DNA of 54,504 nucleotides, filler included, from Basidioascus undulatus (Eukaryota): assembly GCA_000826855.1 (NCBI GenBank). It is 3 parts of 3 records of this genome, joined end to end, with 100 filler letters (N's around TTAATTAATTAA, not from the genome) between each part and the next. Parts side by side here need not be neighbours in the genome. Positions count along the whole stretch, not along the records: positions 36,407 to 54,504 come from JTLS01000486.1; 2 more parts are not named here. One strand, 5' to 3'. The notes under the pieces are model-generated. The model saw only the letters and a program-made list of their open reading frames with translations, had not been told where the DNA came from and did not search any database. The position numbers and the translations under genes are program-made. Position 1 is the stretch's first letter, and each line of letters opens with the position of its first letter. This document shows, in pieces, positions 36,307-48,856 of this stretch.

Positions 36307-36406
36307 NNNNNNNNNNNNNNNNNNNNNNNNNNNNNNNNNNNNNNNNNNNNTTAATTAATTAANNNNNNNNNNNNNNNNNNNNNNNNNNNNNNNNNNNNNN
36401 NNNNNN
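36307..36406. other. Artificial contig spacer
   Basis: 44 N + TTAATTAATTAA + 44 N. Confidence 0.97.
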
Positions 36407-36486
36407 ATCTCTCGCGTTTGACAGTCCGACGTCTGGGGAACGCTCACTTCCCGCTCTCTCCGCTCGCTCGCTCACCCATCGCCGTC

Positions 36487-39400
36487 ATGCGCGCCGCTGC
36501 GCTTTCGCTCGCCCTCCTCGGGGCAGGCGCTCAGGCGCTGCCGCATCTCGCTCCCCGTCAAGAATCCTCATCGTCTTCCTCGAGCTCAGCAGCTCCATCA
36601 TCCAGCGAGTCCGTATCGCAAGTCCCGATCGAGACGGCAACCGCCTCCGCTGCGCTGGAGCCCACGGCTACGCCGCCGTCAACCGGCCTGCCGCCTGCGC
36701 AGTCGTGGTGCACTGACCCCATCTTCTGCCCCGGTCCCGTGCGTGGCAGTTGACATCTCTGCAACCCCGTTCCGAGTGCTGAACGGCGCATGTTCTCCCA
36801 GATTTTCCAAGCTAGTACGCTTTGTTACGGCGATACATGCAGGAAGGGTGCTAACCCCACGGTCAACAGTTCAGCTTTCGGAGCTTTATCCTGACTCGAA
36901 GACGTTCGTTGACAAGCCTACTCGACTCTCCGAGAACGAGACGCTTGCGGCGTGGGAGAAGCTCGGCGAAAACCCGACTGTCGGCGACATCCAAGCGTTT
37001 GTTGAAGACTATTTCGTGAGCGCTAATTGCGTATCCTGGTACGTCGCGGTCGCTGTGTACTAAAATGCCTTATTTTGTATCTCTGTGCAGCTCGGCGAGG
37101 GCGGTGAGCTCGTCGCGGTCGAGCTCCAGGATTTCAACCCCGAGCCTGCGTTCCTTTCGAACGTCACGGATGACGTTGTGCAGGGCTGGCTCAAGATCGT
37201 TCACAGCTACTGGACTGAGCTCATCCGTGAGACCAAGTCGGTAAGTGAAAGCGCAAGCGCAACCGTCTTTCGCCTCTGTCGCTTTTGCTTACTGACGTCT
37301 TGCGGTTGGGCAGTCGGCCATTTGCGGCGAGGGCCGCGAGTGCACTTCCACCTTCATCCCGCTTAACAACACCTTCCCAGTTCCGGGCGGTCGTTTCCGC
37401 GTGCGTCTCTCACATCTTTAAATCGCTTTCCCATCTCTGGTGTTGAAGCAGAGACTCACGTCTGTCTTTCGTTGCGCTTACAGGAAGTTTGTGCGTCAAG
37501 CCATATGTTCGACCTAGAGGAATGATGGCTGACCACATCTCTGCGTTGCGCTTCGTTTCTGACCCCTACAGATTGTAAGAAGCCCTTTAATTTTTTCAAC
37601 TCGCAACGTGCGAAGAAATTCGGTTTACGCTGACCGATGTTCATACCAGACTGGGAGTGCGTTCACTTTTTACAGCTGTGTTGCGTTCTAGGCGCCTACC
37701 TCCTTTTCTAACGCCGCTGTAAATCCTACAGCACCTACTGGATCATCCACGGCCTGATCCAGTCAGAACTGTACGAGCTCGTGAAGGATGTTCTCAACAA
37801 CTTCATCGACGAGATCAACACGATCGGGTTCATCCCCAACGGTGCCCGGTACGTCTGAGCGGCCTCGCAGTACTGTGGACGTTTGTGACATGGCTGACAC
37901 TGCCTCCTCACGCTTTTCAGTATCTACTACCTGGACCGCTCTCAGGTTTGTTCATGTTACTGCCGCTAATCGAACTCGGCTAAATCTCGTTCTCGTGACC
38001 ATAGCCCCCGCTATTCACGCAGATGGTCGACCTGTACGTCTCCGCAACCAACGATACGTCCATCCTTGACCGTGCGCTCCCGGCGATTGAGGTGAGGCGA
38101 CCTTTCTGTTTTCCCCATCCGCTAAAATTGACTCGAAGTGACCTGCATTTTTCGCGTTGTTACAGACGGAGCTCGATTGGTGGCAGACGAACCGTACCTC
38201 ATCGATCACTTCCCCCTTCACCCAGAAGCAATACCAAGTTGGTGAGTGGTGAAAATCAATCGTCAGCTAGAAGTGATCTGAACCTTGATGTACACTACAG
38301 CGAGGTGGAATGTCACCAACTCGGCTCCGCGCCCTGAGGTCAGTCCGAGTATCGATACATGCTTTGCCGCTGCCTTTCTGATGAACTCGGCGCCCTTCAG
38401 TCGTATGCGGAGGACTGGAAGGCTGCCAACGGCGAGGACCTTGAGGAGTCCTACTCCGAAGAGCAGAAGGCCGCTCTCTACGCCGAGCTTGCTAGCGGTG
38501 CTGAGTCCGGTACGCGTTGTTGCTCTGTTTTCCAAATTGAAACGGTACTGACGGTAGTGGTTGTAGGCTGGGACTTCGGTGGGCGTTGGGTGAAGGAGCC
38601 TTTGCTCAATGACACCGACAACAACGTTGTCCTCCGCACGCTCAACATCCGCGCGCTGGTCCCTGTCGACCTCAACGCCATCTTGTATCGCGACCACGCC
38701 CTCGTTCGTTCCCTTCAGCTACATCCGAAAAAGTTCCTTTGGAGCGCGAGCTAATCGTAGCTTTCATTTTCAGGCCGCCGACCTGTACGAACTGCAGGCT
38801 TCCGCCGCTGGCAAGAACAAGGACAAGCGCAACAACGGCCTTTTCGGAAGCCTGCTGAGCTCGCTCTCCGGCAAGGAGGAGCAGAAAGGCGACAAGGACG
38901 AGTCGAAGGAGAAGGCCGACAAACACCGCAAGCGCGCCGAGGAGCTCAAGGAGGCCGTGCTCGACCTCAACTGGAACGCAACTCGCCTCGCGTTCTACGA
39001 CTTCAACAGCACGTCGCATGCGCACTCCGATGTTTGGACCCCTGCCAGCTACTATCCGTGCGTGTTATTGCACCTCGTCTCGACTGATGATCGTCACCTC
39101 ACTGATGCACCTTTTTGTGCATTTAGATACTGGAGCGGCATCGTTCCGGAGGAGGTCCTCAACGACGCGGAGACCGCCCAGGACGCCTTCGCTGCCATTC
39201 GGTGAGCTGGCATTGCTAGTGGCTTCGTGCACAAATAGTCGCTAATAATACTGGAGCAGGTACTCGCTCGACCACTTCAACGGTTCCATTCCGACCAGTC
39301 TTCTCGAAACCGGTCTGCAGTGGGAGTGCGTATTCCGGTCTCTCAACCCCAGCCCGGGCCAGCTGACACTAAACTTTCGATTTAGCTTCCCGAACGCCTG

Positions 39401-40432
39401 GCCGCCTCTGCAGCGTATGCCAAGCAGCCTCGGTTTCTCCAAATCTATGAGGCGCTGACCTCTCCTGTGTACAGACATCATCGTCGAGGCGCTTCGCTCC
39501 CTCCCTGACGATGTTTCCAACGCGCCGCTCAAGCCCATCCCTCAAGGCGCCAACTCGACTTTCGCACTCGTGCCCGAGGGTCAGCTTGGCCTGACCGAGG
39601 ACCAGATCCCCGCGCAGCCCGCGATCCTGGGTGACGGCCCCGTCTGGCGCGACTCGTTCAAGGGCGACGACTCGGGCAACTGGCGCGACGCGCTCGTTCA
39701 GGAGGTCGCGCAGCGTTACATCTCTGCTGCATTCTGCTCCTGGTACTCGAGTGAGACTTCATCGATAATTGAGCTTGGCGGTCCTTTCACTTTCTGACTT
39801 CGAAGCGTTTTCCAGCGGGCGGGTCCATTCCCGACCTCCTCGAACAGCTTCCGGCAGCGCAGCTTAACGTCTCCAACGCGAACCCTACTTTCACTGGCAA
39901 CATGTACGTCTTTGCGCTCTCAGTTTACTTCCTGTTGACGTCGTCATTGACACTTGGCTCTTTCACGTCTTTGCAGGTTCGAGAAGTTCAACACGACGAA
40001 CCTGAACCAAGCGGGTTCTGGGGGCGAGTACGAGTGAGTCTTGCTCTATCGATCCCTTTATTTCGAGACAGAACGTTTCTCATCAAAAGTTATCTACAGG
40101 GTCGTTACTGGCTTCGTGCGTACTCTTTCTGGCCATATTTCCGTAATCTCTACCGCTCACTGCTGACTCCCATGTGTTCGCCCATGGTTAGGGCTGGACG
40201 AACGGCGTTGCGCTGCTCTTCGGCGCCGAGGTACAGTCACCATCTTTCTCCTAATCCCCACCGCCGTAACAGCGCTCTGACTTTTATTTTGCTTCAACTT
40301 CAGTTTGGTGACGTTCTCGAGCGTCCCGACTGCCCGGCCATCATCGTGGAGGAGCAGCCGGCGCGCCGTGACCTCGGCGGCATCCAAGTACGCTACCACG
40401 GGTACCGCACCCCGCACAATACCTGGGCGTAG
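36487..40432 (+). CDS. Secreted alpha,alpha-trehalase (GH37)
   Basis: Signal peptide MRAAALSLALLGAGAQA, DSKTFVDKP, PGGRFREVYYWDTYW, GFIPNGAR, YYLDRSQPP, PRPESY, ASGAESGWDF, QWDFPNAWPP, MFEKF, GGEYEVVTGFGWTNG; TAG at 40430-40432. Confidence 0.95.
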
Positions 40433-41158
40433 ATCGGCCACCGATTCGTGAGGGGAGAGGAGGGGGACGGACGGACGTGGGCGGACACTGGAACGGATAC
40501 TGGGAGGTGAAGGAAAAGGGACGAGATCCGGACTCTGACTCCAGACTTGGGACTCTGTGGACTTAGTACGACCTCGTACAGTGGTGGACTTGTAGCTGTG
40601 ATGAAGGAATTGCATGTTGAGTAATGCGTCTTTGCGGTCTGTGACATGCTGCAATGGATAGCTTTCAGGCGGTCTTGTCGTTGCGCATCGTATTCGTACC
40701 ACGCGCGTTTCACAAGACCTGTGACAATGACCTGCCACAAAGCCGGTTCACGAGTCTGTCTTGCAGCAACAGAGCACAGCATCCTCCATCACCAAGCAGC
40801 CCAGAGCACACTGACCCCCCACGGCAAACCAGTTGAGGCGCCCACAATCGCTGCATGCACGACTCAAGACGTTAAGGAAAAAATCGAATTGCGAAAGAAG
40901 GTATGAAGATAGATGGGGCTGCACCGTGCGTGTACAAAGATGAGGTGGCAGCATGCAGTGAAAGTGTGGTGCGAGATTGAACAAAGACGAACGGAAAGAT
41001 CGAACGGCATGCGTGCACTGTAGACGAACAGAAAGACCGGAAGTCCGTAGAGGAGAAAGAAGAAGTAAAGGACATGTCGTGCGGCAATAGTTACTAATAG
41101 TAAATAGCGAGATGTGAATGCGAAGGCGAGTACATCCGATCCGAGCCGAGCGCTCAGC

Positions 41159-43419
41159 TCACAGCCCCTCGTCGTAAAGCTTACGCGAGAGCGCGAGGTA
41201 GAAGCGCTCGAGGTCGAACTTCTGAGGCTTGCTGGGCTGGGATGCCTTCGCGTCCTTCTCCTTGTTCTGCTCCGCAAGGGAGGAGGAGGAAGAGGAGAGG
41301 GGGATGCGGTCCGAGATCCAGTTGGCGATGGTGTGCACTGCTTTGGGCGCCACTCCGCCGGCGGGAGTGGCGGGGGCAGCGGGAGAGGAAGAGTCGCGCG
41401 TGGAGGAGACGAGGCGGTTGACGTCGAGCCAGGACGAGGCGGAGGAGGAGGACGTGGTTGGTGCAGAAGAGGAAGAAGACAGCGCGGCGGACGTGTTGGA
41501 CGAGACTTTGCCTTGCGGCGGCGGCTTCGGGAACCCGCGCGACCCACGCATCTCCCAGTGGTCGACGCCGTCCACGATCCCGAGGAACTCACCCCAGCGT
41601 GCAGAGCTGCAGAACGGCATGCCGCCTGTCAGTGGACTTCCAAAATAGGTAACGCATGCGGAGACAGAACGTACCTGACGCTGACGAGCCCGTCGTTTCC
41701 CTCGTACTTCTCCCAGACCTCGCCCTCGGCCTCGCGCAGGCCGGCCTGCGCGCTCGCGTCGAGCACGAGCTGGGGCAGGAAGAGCGGGTGCCAGAAGCCG
41801 AGGCTCGGGTGACGCGCGGCGACGGAGTAGTACTTGACGCCGGGGACATCGGGCGTGCGCGGATTGAAAATGTCGTTGGTGACTGCGCGTACGCACCCTG
41901 TCAGCTCACGCAAGAGATGCGAGAAGAGGAATTGGCGAAGACGCACAGGCAGTGGTAAGATTAGAGTAAGCTGGCGAGTCGAGCAGGGTGAGGAGGTAAG
42001 ACGCGAGGGAGCTGGTCAGGCTGTAAGGCAGGCCAGGCCAGTGGGTGGTAGACGAGGAAGAAGAGTCGGCGGAGGAGGATGCGGGGGACGTTCGGAGGAG
42101 GGGCGACTTGAGGGAGTACGGCAGCGAGGGCGGGGAGGGCGAGGAGGACGTGCCCGTTGCTGCGTCCCGGATGGCTTGCGAACCGATGCCGATGTTGGCC
42201 TGTTCGCGCGGGGAAGGGGAAATGGTCAGCCTTAGTCCGTGGGACAAAGGAAGACAAAGGAAGACGCGAACTCACAGCACACCAGTCCATGAACGGCGAG
42301 CCACGGTGCGGCGTCGAGATGGTCGTCAAGCTCCGCGGGTGGTACTTCTCGGGCTGAATGTGGGTGAGGAGGTGCCGGCAGTCGAGGCCGCCCTGCGTTG
42401 CGCCGATGCGCTAGATCAGCATCCCCGTCTTCTCGGCTCCCCCAAAGAATGACGAGCAGCAACGGACCATGGAGTGCGCAACGAAATTGACCTCCTTCCC
42501 CTTGACCTTTTCATCCAGGAACGCATGCATCGTCTCGGCGCGTTCCTTGACGGAGCCCGTCCTGTTCCCCGGCCCAGAATGTCAATAACCCTGTTGAAGC
42601 GACCGTTTGTGGGCAGAGCGACAGTGCGTACCCAGGCACGCCAGTGACGATCACCTCCGCCCCGATCTTGTTCCGCAGAAGGTTCAATATTTCCGCCCAG
42701 TAGTGCAGCTGGACCTTGGGCAGCACCGCCGGCGTCCAGACGTCGAAGCCGTACAGGCCTGTCCACAATCCAGCCCTGTATCAGCACAGCCTTCTCGCAA
42801 CGGCATCGAGGATGAGTCCGCGAACGCACCATGGCAGAGAACGACCGGGTTCCGGGGTGCGCGGACGGGAGAGTGGAGCGTAGGGAGCGCGAGCAGCCGC
42901 TGGAGGGTCGACGGCTCGGGCTCGGGCTCCGGGCCTCGCGGCTCGGGGTCACGTCGCTGAGGCGGCTGTGAATAAGGCGGCATCGGACACGGTTGCTCAT
43001 ACTGGCTACGCTGCTCTGGCGGGGGAAGGGAGAGCGGGGGCAGGCCGAGGAGAGGGAGGGACGGCCCGCGGGTGACGAGCTCTGCCTGGAGAGTGATTCG
43101 CGATGCAGAAGAGGCCAAGATGTCATCTGAGAAAGCAGATCCTCACGTTAGTTTCTACCGCCCGGAGAGAAGCGCAAAAGGGAAAAGAAGACGCACCTAC
43201 GGCGGCTCCAAGTCTCCTGCGCTTGCCCTCCCACCACTCGCGCTCCTCCTCCCAGCTCGAGCGGCGCTTGCGCTTGTGCTGTTTGCCCTGCTGGTGGTTC
43301 TGATGCAGCTGGGGCGATCTCGGGCCCGCGCCCGCCACTGCGCCGCCCGAGAACCAGCCGAGCGTCGCGCCGGCGATGCGGCGGAGGATAGTGGGAAGAT
43401 TCGAGGGTGCTGTGGCCAT
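41159..43419 (-). CDS. Alpha/beta-hydrolase triacylglycerol lipase, TGL2-like
   Basis: PRNPVVLCHGLYGFD, nucleophile elbow NFVAHSMGGLDCR, LTTISTPHRGSPFMDW, NDGLVSV, VDHW, and FDLERFYLALSRKLYDEGL-TGA. Confidence 0.9.
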
Positions 43420-44041
43420 GGCCGGCTTGTCGGTGGGGTTGTCGTCGCTGTCGGTGCCGTAGTAGTATGTTTGCTGCTGAGGGGTGTGTGTGTGTGTTTG
43501 TATGGCTAAGTGTTGCTGCTGGTGTCGAAGAGGTGAGCTGTAAGAGTCAGGAGATGGGGTTGAGCAGGCAAGGGGTCAGGCAAGAAGGTGGCGGTGGGTC
43601 TCTTCCAGCCGTTGGGGTGCTGCGTGGGTCGCCATGACGCGCCGCACGCGAGAACCCCAAAGTAGACACGTGCAAAATACAGCCCACGTTGCCTCGGTTA
43701 ATAGGCTCTACTCCGTCCAGTCGCAGAGGATTCTCATCGCATGATCAAGCCATACAGCCCCTTTCATGGCCTGGACACAATTAATCCGGTGAAAGTGACT
43801 GCGAGCGTGAAGGCAGCACGCCTTGGAATGGCAGGCAGCCGAAGGGGACAGGGGCAGGAGCAGGTCAGGCCATGGCCCCGCCACCGACACTTTCAGAAGG
43901 CTCCCGCCACTGATCAGCCCAACTTGGCCCAACCATCAACCCCTGCGCTTTCTCAAGCATCTTTATACTGAAACAAGTACCAGTTCCCATCACATGACCC
44001 TCTCAAGTGCCAGTCGAAGAAGTATCCGCAACAAACCCAGT

Positions 44042-45615
44042 TCATGGCCTGCTCTCCACTCCTCGCCAGAGCCAATCCTCCAGCCACCTCCTCGTATCCA
44101 CATCCAGATTCCAGCTCGGATCCAACTCCTTCAGCCCAAAGCGCTCCTTGTTCTCCTTGCTGAGCGCCAGCGCCGCGAGGGACATGTAATTATGCAGAAC
44201 ATCTGTTCGTTTCCATGCATCAGCCCGGTTTCTTCCCGTCTGCGAGAAGCAGCGTGACACGCACCCGGGTACTCCGGCGGGAACTTGACGAACCCGCCCG
44301 CGACAAACTGGCACTTGCCGACGAGCCAGCGGGCGTTGGCCTCCTGGTCGACGAGGTCGAGCGCGTCGGGCCCGAGCGCCGCGAGCGCCCCCGTCACCCA
44401 GAAGGAGTAGCAGCTGTCTTCGACTTTGTTTGTGCGGCCTTGGAAGCCGCCTAGTTGGCGCTGGAGCAGCCAGCGGAGGGTGGAGGAGCGGTCGAAGGGA
44501 GAGGAGAGCGGTGCGGGAGAGGCGGAGAGGAGGGAGAGGGTCGTCAGGGCGCAGTAGGTCGTTCCGCCTGGACAGGGTGCGTTAGAGAAAGACGAAGTGC
44601 ATTGCAGAGCAGCAGGGAAGACCGCGATTTAACATACCTTGCGCTTCTTGATTAGGTGATTGAGCATAGCCGCCCTCGTATGTCTACGTGCGCCCACCAT
44701 CAATCTCAACCCGAAAGACGACAACCCGAAAGACGACAACCCGAAAGACGACAATCCACGCCGATCCGATCCTTACTCACCCTGCATGATTCTACGTAGC
44801 TCCTCAGCCGCTCCCTATCCACTCCCTCCCAATCCCCGAGCATGCTACAGATCGCCGCAGCGCAATAGCACATCCTGACGTCCGCCTCCGCGCCTCTCGT
44901 CGACTCAAAACTATCCCGCCATCAGCCCACCGCCTCCTCTTTCTCAGCTTTCCGTCCTCGCCCACTCCACATTCTCCCCTCCTGGACCAAGGAACGCACC
45001 TTCCGTTCGGGCGCTGCCGCTCGCGCACGCAGCGGAGGATACCCCGCCGGTCGAGGCGGTCGAGCGGATCGCGCAGGAGCGCAAGGACCTGGAGCGCGGA
45101 GTACGTCATGGCCAGGTGGCAGGGGTCTAAGGCGGGGTCTGCCTGGCTCGGGGTTCAGCGGGTTTGTGTGCTCCAGATTCAGGGAAGGGACGGCGACGCA
45201 CAGGAGTGCCCATGAAGGGAGAGGAACGGAAACCGCCTCCTTCGGATCCCGCTGTTCCCATAATAGTCTCATGAGCGGAACGGACAGCTTCAGACTAGGA
45301 AGGACGAGGATGTACGAATCTGACACGCCCACACCCACTCCCTCCAAGCCTCGCGTTCCTCCTTCGTCGTCCGCTCCTCCAGCGCACCAAGCAAGCTCAG
45401 CGCAGACAGCGCAAAGTATGCCAAGGTCATTCTATCTCCCAGATTGAGCTCACTGTTACGCGGAGTTGGAGAATGCGAACGCACCGCGAGCAGTCGGCCG
45501 ACTCGTACGGCTGGGGGAGGGAGCGCAAGTTGCGCAGGCAGTACGAGATGTGCCGCTCGCGCGTGAAGAGCGGTGAGAGGTCTGCCTCGGGAGGCGCTGG
45601 AAAGCGATCGGACAT
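44042..45615 (-). CDS. CDC43: Geranylgeranyltransferase type I beta subunit
   Basis: LRSLPQPYESADCSRMTLAYFALSALSLLG, HLAMTYSAL, DVRMCYCAAAICSML, GGTTYCAL, and the Zn motif GFQGRTNKVEDSCYSFW. Confidence 0.9.
44707..44754. repeat. 15-bp perfect tandem repeat (CAACCCGAAAGACGA x3.2) inside a GGTase intron
   Basis: Three identical adjacent copies read directly from the sequence. Confidence 0.9.
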
Positions 45616-46129
45616 AATTTGAGCGTGGGTTGCAGATTGATGAGCTCTTGTGAGCAAACGGTGACCGGAAAGCACAAGCTAGACAAGCTGGAGATTAACA
45701 GGTGGGCGCCTGGGAGTGAGTTGCGTAAGCAACACAGTCTCTTTCAACTTTCAGTCTCCAAATTCTTGCTGTCCTGGAAAGTGGTTCATTACTATTGATG
45801 ATGGCAACTGTTATGGTTAATAGGAAAGGTAATTTGACACTGAGGTACCCGGTCCATAACGGACCACTGCCGCCGCACGCAGCCGTGCTTCGACTATTCA
45901 CGGGATCGTCGCCGGTCCTTGCTTCATGAACGGGTATCTACCTGCCAACGGTCCAGATATAGCACTCATTTTCCGAGTGCAGATGTTCTGGGAAGTTCGG
46001 AGAGCAGGTTGTCTTAAAGCGCAGTCGCGATCAGTCCACCTCCCCCACTTACCTCTCTTTTTATTCGGTCGTCCTCACCACCTCCCTTCGTTTACTTCTC
46101 TTGACAACCCTTTCCAGCACCAGATAAAG

Positions 46130-46797
46130 ATGGGTGTTGTCCAGCTGCTCAACGACAACCGCACCTGGAACCAAACTGTCTATGTCGATGGCAAGCTCAT
46201 TGCGACTCTGGAGAGCTGTGCGTCTCCCGCTCACCCTGTCTATCCTTCCTTATGTTTCTCCATCTAGCTACTCCCTTTTCCCTATCTCGCTTCTCCTTTC
46301 TTCACTTCACCTCTCTCCCTCTCCTGCTCACCTCTATCCCTTCTCCCACAGATGACGGGCCCCTTTACAATGGCGGCTGGGGAACCGGCATCGAATGCAA
46401 TGACAACTGCGTCGGCTTAGAGTGTACTCAAATTTACTATAATACCACCATCAAACTCTCTTCGGCGGATCCCAACTTCTCCAGCACGCTCGGCAAGGGC
46501 GCGGACGTTGCGGCGACCGACCTCACGACGGCTGATGGCGGCGTGACGTGGACGGTCGAGCGGATCGAGTTGCCGCCTATGGTGAAAGGGTCGGGCTCCT
46601 CTTCGTCGTCGGCGGTTACAATGGAGTCTACCGTCGGACAGAGCTCGACGGCAGGCGGGGCGCACGCGACGCCCACTGTCACTGCGCCCAGCGGAGACCT
46701 TGCGGCGTCCCCGTCCGCTTCTGGCTCTTCCGCCAGCTCCTGCTTCTTCCGGGTTCACCTGCTCGGGGTTCCGGCGTGTCAAGTGAAGGCGCACTGA
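46130..46797 (+). CDS. Fragment of a fungal secreted-type hypothetical protein with Ser/Thr-rich tail; 5' part missing or degenerate
   Basis: LLNDNRTWNQTVYVDGKLIATLES | DDGPLYNGGWGTGIECNDNC...YYNTTIKLSSADPNFSSTL...TADGGVTWTVERIELPPM; no signal peptide found upstream. Confidence 0.5.
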
Positions 46798-47162
46798 GCT
46801 CGGTCGTTGGACTTGTGACATTGTACAACTTCGCTGGTCCCCTTCGTTGCGGAAGGACTCGAGTCGGTTTAGAGGGAAGCATTCATGTCGTTGCCTTGCC
46901 GTCATGTATGTCCACCGGTATGATCTAAAGGAATCTTGTATTCCAAAAATCTACAAGTCGAATACAGGGTGAGAATTGGTCGTCTTCGAAAGTCTGACAG
47001 GCCGGCAAAGCCCGGTGCTTATCGTGGCTTGCAAACTACGTCATCGGCGCTCTCTCCTGGCCGATCCGGACCCACCTCCCTCCAGCCTCCCTCCAGCCAC
47101 GCATTTCTTCCTCCTCCGTTCATCCACATTCTCCTCACACAAACGATCCCAAACAAACAACA

Positions 47163-47884
47163 ATGACCGACGTCCCCTCGAACGAGTACTCCTCCCAGCT
47201 CACCGCGCAGCTGAACCAGGCTAAGGGGCAGATGTACGAGGTGAGCTCCTCCCGCAGTCCATCTCCCCACCGCCTTTACTGACTGGTACTTCCTCCACTC
47301 AAGACCATTGGGAACGTCACCGGCTCGGAGCCATGGAAGGAGTCTGGGGAGCAGATCGAGGCGCAGGCGGAGGACGATCTGAAGGGGATCCAGGGAGCGG
47401 CGGCCAAGGAGCGGCTGCATGGGAAGGTGCAAAGGTGCGTTTTGGCTGGTCGGGTAAGAGAGATTCTGTGCGGGGAGTGGGCGAGTGCTGAATGGTGGGC
47501 GGGAAACAGCGCTTGGGGCATGCTTACTGGCGATAGCGACAAGCAGAACGAGGGGAATCTCAACACCGAGAAGGGGGAGTGGAAGGTGCGTTCTGGTCGA
47601 ATTCCCCCTGCTCAATTGCCAATAGGAATCCCAAAATGAATGTTCGCTGTCGTCATAGGGCTCGTTGGCGGAGGGAAAGCTGCCGAACGTGAGCGGGGAG
47701 AGGATGCAGGCCAAGGTGGACAGGTGAGCGCGCCAGCTCTGAAGTTTCTTCGGCTGTAGGGCGCACCTTACGTTCGAACGGGATGGTCTGTCTACGCAGT
47801 GCTATCGGAATGGTCACCGGCGATCAGCAGAAGCAAAACGAGGCCAACATGCGGGCGGAGAAGGCGGAGTGGACGAAGGGTTGA
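47163..47884 (+). CDS. CsbD-like small stress protein with internal repeat (5 exons)
   Basis: MTDVPSNEYSSQLTAQLNQAKGQMYETIGNVTGSEPWKESGEQ...; repeats SAWGMLTGDSDKQNEGN and SAIGMVTGDQQKQNEAN; TGA at 47882-47884. Confidence 0.8.
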
Positions 47885-48121
47885 ACACGGTCGTCCATCC
47901 GTGAAAGACATTCTTGTTGTACTTGTATGAGATCATCGGTGAACATTTGAGTATCAAAATTTTGAGGGCCGATGACCTGATCTGCTGTGTAAAATCTGCT
48001 GTGAACCAAGTAAATTGACCGGCCAGCCCGCCGCGTTCCGAGCTCTCGCCGCAGGCTCCGCAGCTACGTTCCAAAGAGATCACGGTTCCCGGCACCCTCC
48101 CCGATCCGAGCGAGCAAATCC

Positions 48122-48856
48122 TTGACGCCTGCTCGCATCTCGACAAGGTGTCTTCGCGGCACGCCGGAGGTTCGTGGGAACGGGACACTGGTTGATGCGG
48201 TCGTTCTCCGACTTGCCGACACGCTGCGCAGGGCGGAGTCGCTTCGAGCAGCCAATCTCAACGTCCTCGCCGTGGTCACGCCGGACGCTCTCGGGACGCT
48301 CTGTCAGGGTATGCCGCGGGTGGAGGAGCTCATGCTGTTCGCCCGATTGCCTGAGCAGGGTCCGACAGGAATCCACCGATTTAGCCCCGCTCCTGTTGTG
48401 GTTCCCCTGACCCCTGAAATTGTGAGCCCGCTCTGCCGTTCTGTTGTCCAGGCATCCAAGCGCATGTACAGGTTGCTGATCGGGTCTGCATTTCAGTCCG
48501 CCTACATCCCCGCCCTCGCGCCGCTCCAGCACCTCCGCAATCTCTCACGCACCGACGTCCTCCCTCTCCTATCCGGCGTCTCCGCCCCACGCACCACTTT
48601 CGACAGGCCGGTATCTGATCGTCACCGCCCGCGCCTTGCCTCGTGGGCGCGCAGCAGCGGGCACGCATTCAGGGCCGCGGTGGAGCAGATGGCCGCGGTC
48701 CTGCCTGCTCTAAGGACAATGGGATGGTCATGGAAGGGACAGCTTGGGCGCGTGGGAAGCGTGGAGGCGGACAGAGGGGCGTGGGCGGTGCGGTGGGTCA
48801 CGGCGGAGAAGTCCGTGAGTAAGGAGATCGGAGAGGGCATCTTAGTGGAAGTCTAA
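48122..48856 (+). other. Orphan ORF without ATG start, possible C-terminal remnant of an F-box/LRR-like gene
   Basis: 244-codon ORF with LRR-like pattern (LCQGMPRVEELML, LAPLQHLRNL, VLPALRTMGW); little room for a 5' part after the CsbD-like gene. Confidence 0.3.
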
